Assembly: GCA_029856145.1 (NCBI GenBank)
Contig: JAHQWK010000002.1
Coordinates: 96,001-160,000 of the forward strand
Direction: 5' to 3'
Length of the DNA: 64,000 bases
Origin: Promethearchaeia archaeon
GTDB taxonomy: Archaea > Asgardarchaeota > Lokiarchaeia > Sigyniarchaeales > SOKP01
Positions 10,485 to 21,016 of the stretch are shown piece after piece. Positions within the stretch are counted from its first letter, which is position 1; every line of letters begins with the position of its first letter. The position numbers and the translations under genes were made by a program. Below the pieces are notes generated by a model. The model was not told where the DNA came from. It saw only the letters and a program-made list of their open reading frames with translations, and ran no database searches.

Positions 10485-12464
10485 CTATACCTCTTCTAAA
10501 ATTGCGTCTATTTGTTTTTCATATTGTGGTTCTCTATAATATCTAAGGGTTATGGCTTCTGAAGGACAATTAGCCAAACAACTCCCACATCCTCTGCATA
10601 ATATCTCATTAACTTCCGCTCCATCGTCTTTTAGACTTATAGCATCATATGGGCAATTTAACTCACATAATCCACATTTTGCACATCGTTCTTTCTCAAC
10701 AGATGCTCGGATCAGTAAAATCCGATATTTATCTTTGCCCATAAGTCTGGCAAGTGAAGATGCTGCTGCTCTACCGTGAGCTATAGACTCAGCTATAGAT
10801 TTTGGACCTTGACTAACTCCTGCAAGTACGATTCCTGGAATTTTTGTATCTATAGGATTTAATCTAGCATGAAATTCTTTAAAGAAGCCATCTTGACTAG
10901 TTTCTAATTTAAGTATCTTTTCAATTTTATTAACCCCAGTAGCAGGAACCATCGATGCTGAAAGTATGACTAGATCAAATTCTAATTCCTTTAAACCACC
11001 AGATCCTAATGTATTTTGCATGATTATTTTTAGATTATGTGTTTTTGGATCTTCCTTAATCCTGCTAATATTTGTTCTTATATATTTAATACCTTCTTTT
11101 CTTGAGAGTGTGAAGTATTCTTCATAATCTTTTCCCGCAGCCCGCATATCCATGTAAGCAACTGAAATAGCCGCCTCTGGATAATGCTCTTTAATTAATT
11201 TACTGTTTTTTATAGAAATCATACAACATACTCCAGAACTACAATAAGTATTCATGTTTAAATCTCTTGAACCAACACATTGAATGAATAATATTCTCTT
11301 TGGTTCTTTTCCATCCGAAGGTCTGACTAAATGTCCTATTGTGGGTCCATTTGGAGCTAGCATTCTTTCAAGTTTCAATTGCGTTATTACGTTGGGATAT
11401 TTATTATAGCCTAAATATCCAGTTGGTGGTTCAAATTCATCCCACCCAGTTGCGACTGCAATTGAACCTACTTCTACTTCAACGATTTCATCTTTTTGAT
11501 CGAAATCAATAGCGTCTAGCTCACATGCACCTTTACACAATTCGCATTTGATACATCGTTCCATATCGATTTGAGCTAAAGAAGGAACTGCTTGAGCAAA
11601 TGAGGAATATATAGCCTTCCTTGGATCCATTCCCTCGTTGAATTCATTATATCCATATGCAGGACACACTTCAAAACATGCTCCACACCCGTTACAATCA
11701 TTTGTTACATACCGAGCTCTTTTTCTTATTTTTACAGTGAAATTCCCCACAAAACCAGAGACATCTTCAACTTCGCTATATGTATATAAATTTAGCCCCG
11801 GTGTTCTTGCTGATTGTAGCATTACGGGTCCTAATATTCATATACTACAATCATCTGTAGGAAATGTACGATCTAGTTTAGCCATTTTACCCCCTATTGT
11901 AGGACTCGTTTCTACAAGATGTACCTCAAATCCTTCTTCAGCAAGATCAATCCCTGCTGATAATCCTGCAACACCACCACCTACAATTAAAGCCTTTTTT
12001 GTGATATCAACTTCTTTAACTAATATTTTTTCTAAAACAGAAGCTCTTGCCACAGCAGATCGGATTATATCTTCAGCAACTCTTTGGGCTCCAGGTTTGT
12101 CCTTTTTATGTACAAAACTAGAATGTTCCCGTATATTTGCAAATTCAAGATAAGATGGATCAAGTCCCATTGATTCTAACACACTTTTGAAAACTGGTTC
12201 GTGAGTTTTAGGAGTACAAGACACCATAACTAATCTATTTGAATTACTTTCAATCATTTTTTCTTTTATAAATTCTGCACCGGGTTCAGTACAAAGACTA
12301 ATATAATCTAAAGCTTCAACAACACCTGGAAGGGTTTTGGAAAATTCCGCTAATGCTTTTGTATCAATAATTTCAGCGATATTTATACCTCACTGGCAAA
12401 TAAATACAGCAATCCTTGGTGTTTCTTCGTCATATTGAACTGTTTCGTCTTTAGTTTCTACCAT
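10485..12464 (-). CDS. hdrA: Heterodisulfide reductase subunit A-like flavoprotein, selenoprotein (Sec25, Sec209), 659 aa
   Basis: ATG 12464; RIAVFICQ-U-GINIA (TGA 12392-12390) and TDDCSI-U-ILGP (TGA 11840-11838) join the two ORF-track fragments in one frame; GGGVAG FAD motif, ferredoxin CxxCxxC motifs, QCVGSRD. Confidence 0.95.
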
Positions 12465-12660
12465 TGCCTATTACCTTTCGATTTTTATTTAGTATTTTCC
12501 TCCAATTTATTTATCTTAATATCAATCTAAATACAAATGTTATAATCTAATTAAATAAATTTAAATCAAAAATGTTTCTTATATCTTTTATAATATTATT
12601 AGTTAAAAATCATTTTAATAATAAATTGAATTTTTAAAACCTAAAACGAATTTCAATATT

Positions 12661-13080
12661 ATGGTAATTCTTATGCTTTTTCAAATTCCTTCAATAGAAG
12701 AGATGATACCTATTATCATTGCTGTTTGTTTACTTCTTGGAGATATTTTAATTCTAAAGCTAGGTTTAGCAATAACCAAGGCTCAAGAAAAAACGGATTT
12801 TAAATGGGTTGCAGGCAGTTTTGGTATTCAATTTGGTGTAATTTTCTTTATTAGTACTCCAATGATTTTAGGTGGTTGGACAGGGCAATTAGCTGAGGGA
12901 CCACCAATTCTATTGATAATCCTTACAGTGATTTTCTGTGCATTTATAGATTTAAATATAATAAATATCCTTCATAAAGTCGGTATGGTAAGATCTCTTA
13001 TTATAGTGATATTGATCTTAGGTCCTATTACTTACGCTATGTCTCTTTTAGGCTCAAATTTAGGCGCACTTGTAGGATAG
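12661..13080 (+). CDS. Hypothetical membrane protein (about 4 TM)
   Basis: Hydrophobic helices. Confidence 0.75.
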   Translation: MVILMLFQIPSIEEMIPIIIAVCLLLGDILILKLGLAITKAQEKTDFKWVAGSFGIQFGVIFFISTPMILGGWTGQLAEGPPILLIILTVIFCAFIDLNIINILHKVGMVRSLIIVILILGPITYAMSLLGSNLGALVG

Positions 13081-13093
13081 AGTTGAAATTTTC

Positions 13094-14014
13094 CTAAATT
13101 CCTATCTCTGCATTGATACTTTTATTCATATCAATAATTTCATATCTAGCTGCTTTCCCAAATTCCTCTGGAGGATATTGTTTATTTTTATTATACGCAA
13201 AAATTATTCCTCTTGAAGAGTTTACAAGACCTCCTAAACCATTCTTATAAAAGCCATGTTTTATGTCCTTCGCTTGAGCTCCTTGAGCACCATAACCAGG
13301 AATTAAGATAAATGAATTTATAACAACTTCACGAATTTTTTTTAACTCTTGAGGATAGGTTGCTCCAACAACCGCACCTATATTAGTAAAATTAGAAAAT
13401 TTTTGTAAATCATTACTCCATTTATAGATTAATTCAGCCATTTGGAGATAATTTCTTTTTAAAATTTGTGCTTTAACCTCAAATTGTGTTATTTCTTGAG
13501 ATATATTTTCCAGTTTTATGCTAAATATGTCTTGAAATTCCTTACTACTTGGATTTGAAGTCTTTACAAGTATAAACACGCCTTTTTCTTTATAATCCAA
13601 AAAAGGCTTAACCCCATCAAATCCTAAATATCCATTTATCGTACATGCATCAGCTTTAAAATTTTTAAATAAGCTATAAGCATATGCTTCAGAAGTACTT
13701 CCAATATCATTTCGCTTTGCATCTAATATTACTAATAAATCATTTTTATGAGCAAATTTTATAGTTTCCTTTAATGCACCCAAAGCTTCATATTTTTCAT
13801 AAAAAGCTATTTGGGGTTTAACAACAGGGATTAATTCATATGTATTTTCAATTAAAATTTTATTAAATTCAGTAATAATCTTATTTGGCTCTTTTAATTC
13901 TTCGATTAGATATTGAGGAATTTCTCCTTCATTATCCATTCTGGGATCAAGCCCCATAGAGACAACAGACTTTTTCTCTTTTATAAGTTGAATTAAATCC
14001 TCTATAAAATTCAT
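13094..14014 (-). CDS. pyrF: Orotidine-5'-phosphate decarboxylase
   Basis: GLDP, KPQIAFYE, DAKRNDIGST, KTSNP, VVGAT, LIPGYGAQG, NSSRGI. Confidence 0.96.
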   Translation of the reverse strand: MNFIEDLIQLIKEKKSVVSMGLDPRMDNEGEIPQYLIEELKEPNKIITEFNKILIENTYELIPVVKPQIAFYEKYEALGALKETIKFAHKNDLLVILDAKRNDIGSTSEAYAYSLFKNFKADACTINGYLGFDGVKPFLDYKEKGVFILVKTSNPSSKEFQDIFSIKLENISQEITQFEVKAQILKRNYLQMAELIYKWSNDLQKFSNFTNIGAVVGATYPQELKKIREVVINSFILIPGYGAQGAQAKDIKHGFYKNGLGGLVNSSRGIIFAYNKNKQYPPEEFGKAARYEIIDMNKSINAEIGI

Positions 14015-14071
14015 GATTTACCAAGCTTTATTTTGTGTTTTTTAATTAATAAGCAATACATTTAGTAATTG

Positions 14072-14111
14072 TTGGCAATGAATGATCCAAATTTTAGAAA
14101 TTTTTGGCAAT
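14072..14111 (+). repeat. 40-bp direct repeat, copy 1
   Basis: ttggcaatgaatgatccaaattttagaaatttttggcaat; 38/40 identical to 16351-16390. Confidence 0.9.
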
Positions 14112-14829
14112 AATGGACTCATTTCCAATTTTACTTTTAATCTGCTTGTTATATGAATAATTTTTTAAGAATTTGAATTTGATGTTTTCTTTTCTTTAAA
14201 TTCTTTACTCTCAATATCCAATTCAATAAAGGAGTTAAATTAGAAATTGAGGAAAATTAAAATCTCGATTTGAAACCTTATTATCAAACCTTTTTCATTT
14301 TTCTTTATTAAATTTCCTTTTCTATCAATTTCACTTTTACAATAACCACAAGTCCAACCGCCCCACACAACTTGTTTAAACTAGTTGCCCATCTAAAAAA
14401 TGGCAAGGGATTTTTGCAAACTGGACAGTTTACCATATTATCATTACAAATAGAAACTATAAAAATCTTTGTGAAAAAGAAAAAAGTGCCCATCTTCTTT
14501 TTTAGAATAAAAGAAGCAAAAAATAGGCGACTCACAAACAGAAAAAATAGTACAACAATTTCTCAAATTGATTTGCCCGCCCTAAAGAGAATTTTTAACT
14601 CACGAGGAAACTTTTAGTTTCAGCTCGTGCCTCGCAATAAATTACTCGGTCTGGGAACAGCAGATTAAGAGGTAATTTCTTTTTGCTTCGCAAATCTACT
14701 TCGTGCAGACCAGAAATTAGCCCAAATTGTTTGCCTATTTTATTATTTAGGTACTGCAAACAACTTCTCTTAATCGCGATGTTAATTGCAATTCAGAAGT
14801 CGGCTTAATAAACAAAAATGGGCAAATTT

Positions 14830-15132
14830 TTAGATTAATTTGTCGAGCGTTTTGTATGTATGTTGAACAGCACTTTGTTCTAATGTTTCTCTAACACCTG
14901 TAACAATTGAAGCTCCTCTTTCAGCGTAATCTCCACTTGCACTTATTGTCGCTTGATATTTTCCCTCTCGTGTTACAGAATCAACTCTAAGTGTGCTTTC
15001 ACCATTATTCTGAGTTAAATGAAAATTAAATGGAACTTTTTTCCCAATCAATAATTTAAGGACAACGGGTGTAACCACAAAATGCAGCTCGTAAAAAACA
15101 TAAGCAAAAATCAAAGAAATGCTAAAATTCAA
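14830..15132 (-). CDS. Hypothetical protein or gene fragment
   Basis: Short ORF directly downstream of the DUF4256 gene; no motif. Confidence 0.35.
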   Translation of the reverse strand: MNFSISLIFAYVFYELHFVVTPVVLKLLIGKKVPFNFHLTQNNGESTLRVDSVTREGKYQATISASGDYAERGASIVTGVRETLEQSAVQHTYKTLDKLI

Positions 15133-15141
15133 AGTCCAAAT

Positions 15142-15744
15142 TTAGACCCTTAGTGAGCCACGGAACGCCCTAACGCCATAGAAAGAGGGCGCACTATTAT
15201 GATACACGAAGAAATGGCCGTAGCGGCGATCAACAAAGATGGCGCCGCCGAGTTTTCTAATATCAGAAGGTGTTTTCACCCAGCTCGACGTCTTCGTATC
15301 GAAATTTCCAAGTTTCTGCAACTCTCGATATTGTTTTTCCGTTAAAAGCTCAATGCCCATGGCAGCTGCCATATCAATAGTGTTACCTTTTGGATGCACC
15401 CCTCGCTTTTCCCTCGCCTCCTGCCCTTCACGGTCGTAACAAACATTTCTGCGGCCTTTAGGACTTTCCGTTGAACAATCATAAAAAATGTATTCACCCG
15501 TCTTTTTATCATGACCAACAACATCCGGTTCACCGCCAGTTCTTTCCATTTCATTGATTGACCACAGTTTTTCAGAATTAGCTTCCAGCTTTGCTTGTAC
15601 TTTAGCCCATTCAAGACCTTTATGGTGGTTCATATTTTTCTCAAAACGGGCTTTCAATGCTCTGAGTAGTTCTTCACGTTGTTCTGGTGAAAATTCTTTT
15701 TTGAATGCAGTAATTGATGGCTTGCGCATAATCATAGTATTCAT
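15142..15744 (-). CDS. DUF4256-family protein, bacterial-like
   Basis: LKARFEKNMNHH.GLEWAKV...EMERTGGEPDVV...ESPKGRRNVCYD...KTSSWVKTP.DIRKLGGA...FRGSLRV; visibly GC-richer than flanks. Confidence 0.85.
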   Translation of the reverse strand: MNTMIMRKPSITAFKKEFSPEQREELLRALKARFEKNMNHHKGLEWAKVQAKLEANSEKLWSINEMERTGGEPDVVGHDKKTGEYIFYDCSTESPKGRRNVCYDREGQEAREKRGVHPKGNTIDMAAAMGIELLTEKQYRELQKLGNFDTKTSSWVKTPSDIRKLGGAIFVDRRYGHFFVYHNSAPSFYGVRAFRGSLRV

Positions 15745-16350
15745 TCTGAGTTTATAAAATTATCTAGGTAGGGAAGGACATTTTATGTCCTAATTGTGGT
15801 GAAAAATTAGAAAACAATCGACTTAATATCTGTTCTTACTGTGGTTCTAAAATCAATTAGTTTTTAAGTTTTCTTTTGTTTGTTTTCTTTAAATAAGTAA
15901 GTTAGAAGATCGCTCCAATTTTTTATAACATATTCAGACCACTCACCCCGATGCAAAGCTTTTCGAATGCCATTCATTTCTTTATCTGTAGTTCAGTCTA
16001 TTTTATTTTTACTCTTCTTAAATTCTATTAATATTTTTATAGCATTTTCTAGTCCTCTCATACCTTCAAATTTATTTTTAGGTAATTCTGCTTCTCCAAA
16101 AATATATAAAAGTAGATCTTTAGCTATGTTTTTACAATAACTTCTATACTTAACACTTATAGTTGTTTTCCCATCAAACAGCTATCCATTGCCATTATTT
16201 TTTAATAAGATGATTGTCAAGAATTTCCAGAATTTTATAAGTAGGAATTGTCTATTGATAGATGTGAAAAATAATTATTGCCATTATTTTTCAAAATTTA
16301 CATCAGTTATTATGTATTTTAAATAATCTTGGTAATGCTCTTAATATTTA

Positions 16351-16390
16351 TTGACAATGAATGATCCAAATTTTAGAAATTTTTAGCAAT
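16351..16390 (+). repeat. 40-bp direct repeat, copy 2 (partial inverted copy at 16213-16235)
   Basis: ttgacaatgaatgatccaaattttagaaatttttagcaat. Confidence 0.9.
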
Positions 16391-16512
16391 GATATATTAT
16401 TGTCAATTTTCTTTAATTTATAATAATGAAGAGACATATCTTATATTTTTTTGTAAAAAATAGTTATTATTTTAGTTAGAAAAATATTAGAATAAATAAG
16501 GTAAAGAAAATT

Positions 16513-18012
16513 ATGATAGAAAGTATAAATCCAGCAACACTTGAATTAAATGGAAAAGTTAAAGAAACTGATTTAGAAAAACTTGACAAAATTTTTGAAA
16601 ATTCAAGAAAAGCTCAAAAAATATGGGCAAAATTACCATTGAAAGCAAGAGCGAGAAAAATTATTAAAGTCAATGAAGTGGTTTCTCAACAATTTGATGA
16701 AATTTCATTATTAATTTCAAAAGAAGTAGGGAAACCACCTTCGGAAGCTTTCACTAATGAGGTATATGGCGTAGTAGACTCAACATTTCATTATTATATT
16801 TCAGTAGAAGAAATATTAGGAAAAGTAGAAGAAATTCCTTTAGGATTTTATGAATCCTTGGATAAAAGAAGTTTTTTACTATATAAGCCCCTTGGTGTTA
16901 TATGTGTTATTGGTCCCTATAATTACCCTTTTGCTATACCTTTTCAACAAATCGTTCAAAGTCTTATGGCTGGTAATAGTGTAATCTTTAAACCCTCATC
17001 AGATACAGTTTTAGTTGGACAAAAGATTCAGGAAATTTTTGATAGTATTAATATACCTGAAAATCTTGTTCAAACCGTCTTTGGAGATGGTTCTAAGATA
17101 GGAAATTCTTTAGTTGACAAAGCAGATAAAATTTTATTCACGGGGAGCACCTCAACTGGAAAAAAAATAATGCAACGAGCAGCGCAAACTTTAACGGAGG
17201 TTACACTTGAACTTGGTGGGAAATCTGCAATGATCGTATTTCCAGATGCAGATATTGAAAGAGCGGTGTTAGCCGCAAGATGGGGTGTATTCACTAATTC
17301 CGGTCAAGTCTGCGCTTCAGTAAAAAGATTATATCTTCATTCAGATATCTATGACACCTTTTTAACTAAACTAATTCAATTAACAAAAGAATTGAAACAA
17401 GGAATTCCAACAGAACCAGGTGTGGATATTGGTGCAATGATAAATGAAGAACAATTAAACTTTGTAGATAAAATGGTTAAAATAGGTGTAGATGAAGGTG
17501 CTAAAATTTTAACAGGTGGTCAAAGAAATCCTAATTTTAAGGGTTATTTTTATGAACCAACGATTCTAGCTGATGCAACTAATGATATGAAAGTGGTTCA
17601 AGAAGAAATATTTGGACCTGTCCTAGTTGTATTAAAATTCACCAGTGATACTGAAGTTATTGAGATGGTTAATAACAATCAATATGGCTTGACCTCTTGT
17701 GTATGGACAAAGGATATAAAATTTGGTCAAAAAATAGCTGAAGAAATAGACACAGGTACGGTAATGATAAATGAAGTCGTTTATACTTTCGCTCTTGCAC
17801 CCACACCTTGGGGAGGCACAAAAAACTCTGGAATCGGGAGATCTCATGGGAAGTTAGGATTTTATGAAGTTGTAAGGCCTCTTCATATCAATATTGATCA
17901 ATATAAAGGTCCAGACCTATGGTGGATACCATATGATAACGATTATCAGGTTATTGTTGAGAATTTTAAAAATATAGCCAAAAGTCTAGTAGTACAGGAT
18001 TTAGATGATTAA
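16513..18012 (+). CDS. NAD(P)-dependent aldehyde dehydrogenase
   Basis: GPYNYP, FTGSTSTG, LELGGK, NSGQVC, EEIFGP. Confidence 0.95.
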   Translation: MIESINPATLELNGKVKETDLEKLDKIFENSRKAQKIWAKLPLKARARKIIKVNEVVSQQFDEISLLISKEVGKPPSEAFTNEVYGVVDSTFHYYISVEEILGKVEEIPLGFYESLDKRSFLLYKPLGVICVIGPYNYPFAIPFQQIVQSLMAGNSVIFKPSSDTVLVGQKIQEIFDSINIPENLVQTVFGDGSKIGNSLVDKADKILFTGSTSTGKKIMQRAAQTLTEVTLELGGKSAMIVFPDADIERAVLAARWGVFTNSGQVCASVKRLYLHSDIYDTFLTKLIQLTKELKQGIPTEPGVDIGAMINEEQLNFVDKMVKIGVDEGAKILTGGQRNPNFKGYFYEPTILADATNDMKVVQEEIFGPVLVVLKFTSDTEVIEMVNNNQYGLTSCVWTKDIKFGQKIAEEIDTGTVMINEVVYTFALAPTPWGGTKNSGIGRSHGKLGFYEVVRPLHINIDQYKGPDLWWIPYDNDYQVIVENFKNIAKSLVVQDLDD

Positions 18013-18121
18013 ATGACGTATTACGTTTCACCAAAGTGAATTAGGGAAGAATATACTGAATATCAAAGGAGAACAAACGCATTGTTTCCGAATTTGAAAA
18101 AAAGAAAATTTAAGATTCAAA

Positions 18122-18565
18122 ATGAAAAAATTAACAATCAGGAATAATAAATATTTATTTTCGGCTTCCATTTCAATGCTGATTTATTCTATCCTCGAAA
18201 TTATAGATAGTATTGTAATTATCCTAATGGCACTAAATTTAATACCGAACCTTTCTTTAGTACTTAAGTTTTATGTTCCTATAATACAACAGCTATTAGA
18301 ATCTCAACCTCTAACTTTGGCACCCATTTTCTGGGCATTTACCTTAATGCGAGTTATTTCCACGATCGGTCTTTTTAAAAATTTATTATGGGGATTTTGG
18401 ATTGGGATAATAAGTTTAACGATTTCAATGCTCCTAGCTATTATATTTCTACCTTTTGGGGCTCTTGAACTTCTCGCATGTAGCGTAATCCTTATTCTAC
18501 TAATAGTTGGGTTTTGTGATAATCAACCAATCTTAAAGATTAAGAAAGAAAACTATAAGGATTAA
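18122..18565 (+). CDS. Hypothetical membrane protein
   Basis: About 4 hydrophobic segments. Confidence 0.7.
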   Translation: MKKLTIRNNKYLFSASISMLIYSILEIIDSIVIILMALNLIPNLSLVLKFYVPIIQQLLESQPLTLAPIFWAFTLMRVISTIGLFKNLLWGFWIGIISLTISMLLAIIFLPFGALELLACSVILILLIVGFCDNQPILKIKKENYKD

Positions 18566-18681
18566 AATGATGAAATCCATACATAACTGATACATCATTG
18601 GCACTTTTCTCAGGTAGCATCCTCTCCCTTGAAGCAAAGATGGTGATGGTTCCGGAAAATTATAAAAATCTTTATATAATA

Positions 18682-19122
18682 TTACTTTGTTAATTTAATG
18701 CGAACCCATATTGGAGGAGATCCCAAATTGATTTTCTCAATATCATATTGATTTACAAATTGAGTTTTTTCTTTTATAGCTTTAAATTCATAAAAATTGT
18801 AAGTCATTTTTATTTGTTTTTTTAGGAAATGCGGAACAAATCTTTTAATTAAAAAAGTTTCTCCTTTCAAATTCGCTTTTATAGAGATTTTACTACTCTT
18901 ATTAAATCGTAAAATCTCTTTCATTGCATCCAATCCGCTTACAATCGGCATACGATGATCCATTATGATTATATCGGGTGTTTCAAGACCGTTTCTTATT
19001 TTCTCAATTGCTTCCTTGCCGTTACTAGCAAAATTTATCGTTTTAAATCCCGCTTCATCTAATATCATCTTATAAAGCATAAGCACAGAACGATCGTCGT
19101 CGACAACAAAGATTTTGGTGAT
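18682..19122 (-). pseudogene. Truncated response-regulator receiver domain
   Basis: ITKIFVVDDD...PDIIIMDHRMPIVSGL; homology ends after KSSKI (about 18886), so the beta4 Ser/Thr and KP motifs are missing. Confidence 0.75.
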
Positions 19123-19215
19123 GGGAATTCACCAATATTAAATATAATATAAATATTATATAAGAATTCGTTTATAATATTGTGGCATTAATAATCCTAT
19201 AGATCAACATATAAC

Positions 19216-19410
19216 TTCTTAGATAATGAATCCATTGAACATTACCATATGTAGAAGAGAAACCCGATTTTTTATCGCTTGTTTCGAGCATCTAATGGAA
19301 AGATTATCAATACCTATATAAATGCGACTTATAAGGTATTTAAAAAAGCATTCCCAAAGACTATTTTAGCTGATGGGAAAGAATATATAGGGTTATCTCC
19401 CTATTATATT
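19216..19410 (+). mobile_element. tnpB: Degenerate 3' end of an IS200/IS605/IS607-type tnpB
   Basis: FLDNESIEHYHM*KRNPIFYRLFRASNGKIINTYINATYKVFKKAFPKTILADGKEYIGLSP resembles the TnpB C-terminus (FLD.E......GLF....G..INAD.NGA.NI..KA.P...ADG.EG.GL.P); stop at 19252. Confidence 0.7.
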
Positions 19411-19489
19411 TCTATATTGAGAGACTTCTCATTTATTGTTAAAAGTTACAATTTCATAATACAAAATCAAATATCAAAAAATAAAATCT

Positions 19490-20854
19490 TTACTGATCAA
19501 ACTCCTTTTTGCCGAAATCATCAATTATATTATAGATCTCATCAATTAATTCATCCCAATCAACCATTTTTTGTTCTTGAGAGATCATATTCCTAATAGT
19601 CACCTTTTTTTCCGATAGTTCTTCAGGTCCTACAATTACAACTATTATTACTCCTAATCCATTAGCTCTTTTTAGTTGATTTTTTAGATTTTTAAATCTA
19701 TAGTCTATCATGCATGGAAAATCTTCATCCCGAATAATCCTAGCTATTTCAAAAGCATATGTTGAGAGATCTTCACTTATAGAGGCTATGTAAATAGTGT
19801 CACTATAATCTTTCTCTTTAATTTCTTCGGGAATTAAATTATATGTTTTTAAGAATAAAGAAAGCGTATAAACTCCCATACCGAATCCAGTACCGGTTAT
19901 CTTTTCATCTGAAAATATCGATAATAAATCGTCATATCGACCTCCACCAAAAATACTCCTAATATTTTCTTTACCAGTATCGAATACTTCATAAATAATT
20001 CCTGTATAGTAATCAAGACCCCTTACTGTCCCAGAAGAAAACATGCAATAATTAGAAATATTCACTTCCTCTATTAATCGTTTAAAATTGATTATCTCAT
20101 TATAACCCTCAGATTTATAAAATTCTTCTGGAATATTATCAAACTTATTTAATAATTCTTCAACACTTTTAGCATCTTTTAATTTAAATATACCTTGAGT
20201 GATAAATTCATCTTGAAATGTATCAATTACATATTTTTCAAACTCGTCCTCTTCCATTTTATCTGATTTATCTAATACCTTGTAAAAAATTGGTAAATTA
20301 TCTTCACTTATTCTAAGTATAAGCTTACAAACTGAATCCATGAATCGTCGACTATTATAGTAAATTTGAAATTGGTGGGAAGTAGCACCAAATTCAGAAA
20401 ATATATCTACAATAATATTAAATATCTCAAGATCAGCATAAAGACTCTCTTCACCTAAAATATCTACGTTAGGTTGTTTAAATGCCCTTCGACGGCCTCT
20501 TTGTGGTCTTTCATACCTAAAACATGTCGGTATGGAAAACCACCTAATAGGCTTCTTAAGTTCTTGGCTTTTTTTAGCAATCATTCTTGCTAAGGAAGGT
20601 GTAAGCTCTGGGATTAAAATGAGTCTTTCTCCTTTTTTATTTTCAATAATGAATGACTGTTCATTAACCAATTCATCAGAAGATTTAGCCGCAAAAATTT
20701 CAATGGGTTCTAATTGTGGAGTTTCATATTCTTCATAGCAATATCTCTCTGCTACATCTCTTATGATTTCAATTATCCAATTGACTTCACGTAAATCAGG
20801 AGGATAATAATCATTCATACCTCTTAGGGGCTCTATAGAGAATTTTTTGGACAT
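19490..20854 (-). CDS. hisS: Histidine--tRNA ligase
   Basis: RGMND, PELT, FRYERPQRGR, VRGLDYYTG, GGGRYD, C-terminal anticodon-binding domain. Confidence 0.97.
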   Translation of the reverse strand: MSKKFSIEPLRGMNDYYPPDLREVNWIIEIIRDVAERYCYEEYETPQLEPIEIFAAKSSDELVNEQSFIIENKKGERLILIPELTPSLARMIAKKSQELKKPIRWFSIPTCFRYERPQRGRRRAFKQPNVDILGEESLYADLEIFNIIVDIFSEFGATSHQFQIYYNSRRFMDSVCKLILRISEDNLPIFYKVLDKSDKMEEDEFEKYVIDTFQDEFITQGIFKLKDAKSVEELLNKFDNIPEEFYKSEGYNEIINFKRLIEEVNISNYCMFSSGTVRGLDYYTGIIYEVFDTGKENIRSIFGGGRYDDLLSIFSDEKITGTGFGMGVYTLSLFLKTYNLIPEEIKEKDYSDTIYIASISEDLSTYAFEIARIIRDEDFPCMIDYRFKNLKNQLKRANGLGVIIVVIVGPEELSEKKVTIRNMISQEQKMVDWDELIDEIYNIIDDFGKKEFDQ

Positions 20855-21016
20855 CAAATCACTTGCATTTTTTAAAACTATAATTACAATTAAATAAGAA
20901 TGAAAACAAATATTATTTTCTATTTTTATATTAAATTATGATAAAATTAGTAGATATCTTATTCATAATATCAATGAAAGAAATATTCTTTAAAGAAAAG
21001 ATTGTTTGAACAAAGT

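Noticed and set aside
10001-12464. hdrA/mvhD as pseudogenes, or genome-wide TGA reassignment
   Set aside because: The TGAs sit only at Cys-equivalent sites, and TGA is a normal stop elsewhere (e.g. 3724, 8435, 31676, 57541)
14308-14617. ORFs 14308-14535 and 14372-14617
   Set aside because: Mutually overlapping, low-complexity K/F-rich translations typical of non-coding AT-rich DNA
15900-16140. Protein-like fragments on the minus strand
   Set aside because: Multiple stops and frameshifts and no recognisable family; cannot be named
16140-16500. AT-rich repeat-bearing gap as a replication origin
   Set aside because: No convincing ORB consensus and no adjacent cdc6/orc1
18567-18590. ATGATGA...CTGA as a box C/D sRNA
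   Set aside because: No second C'/D pair or terminal stem; guide target not identifiable
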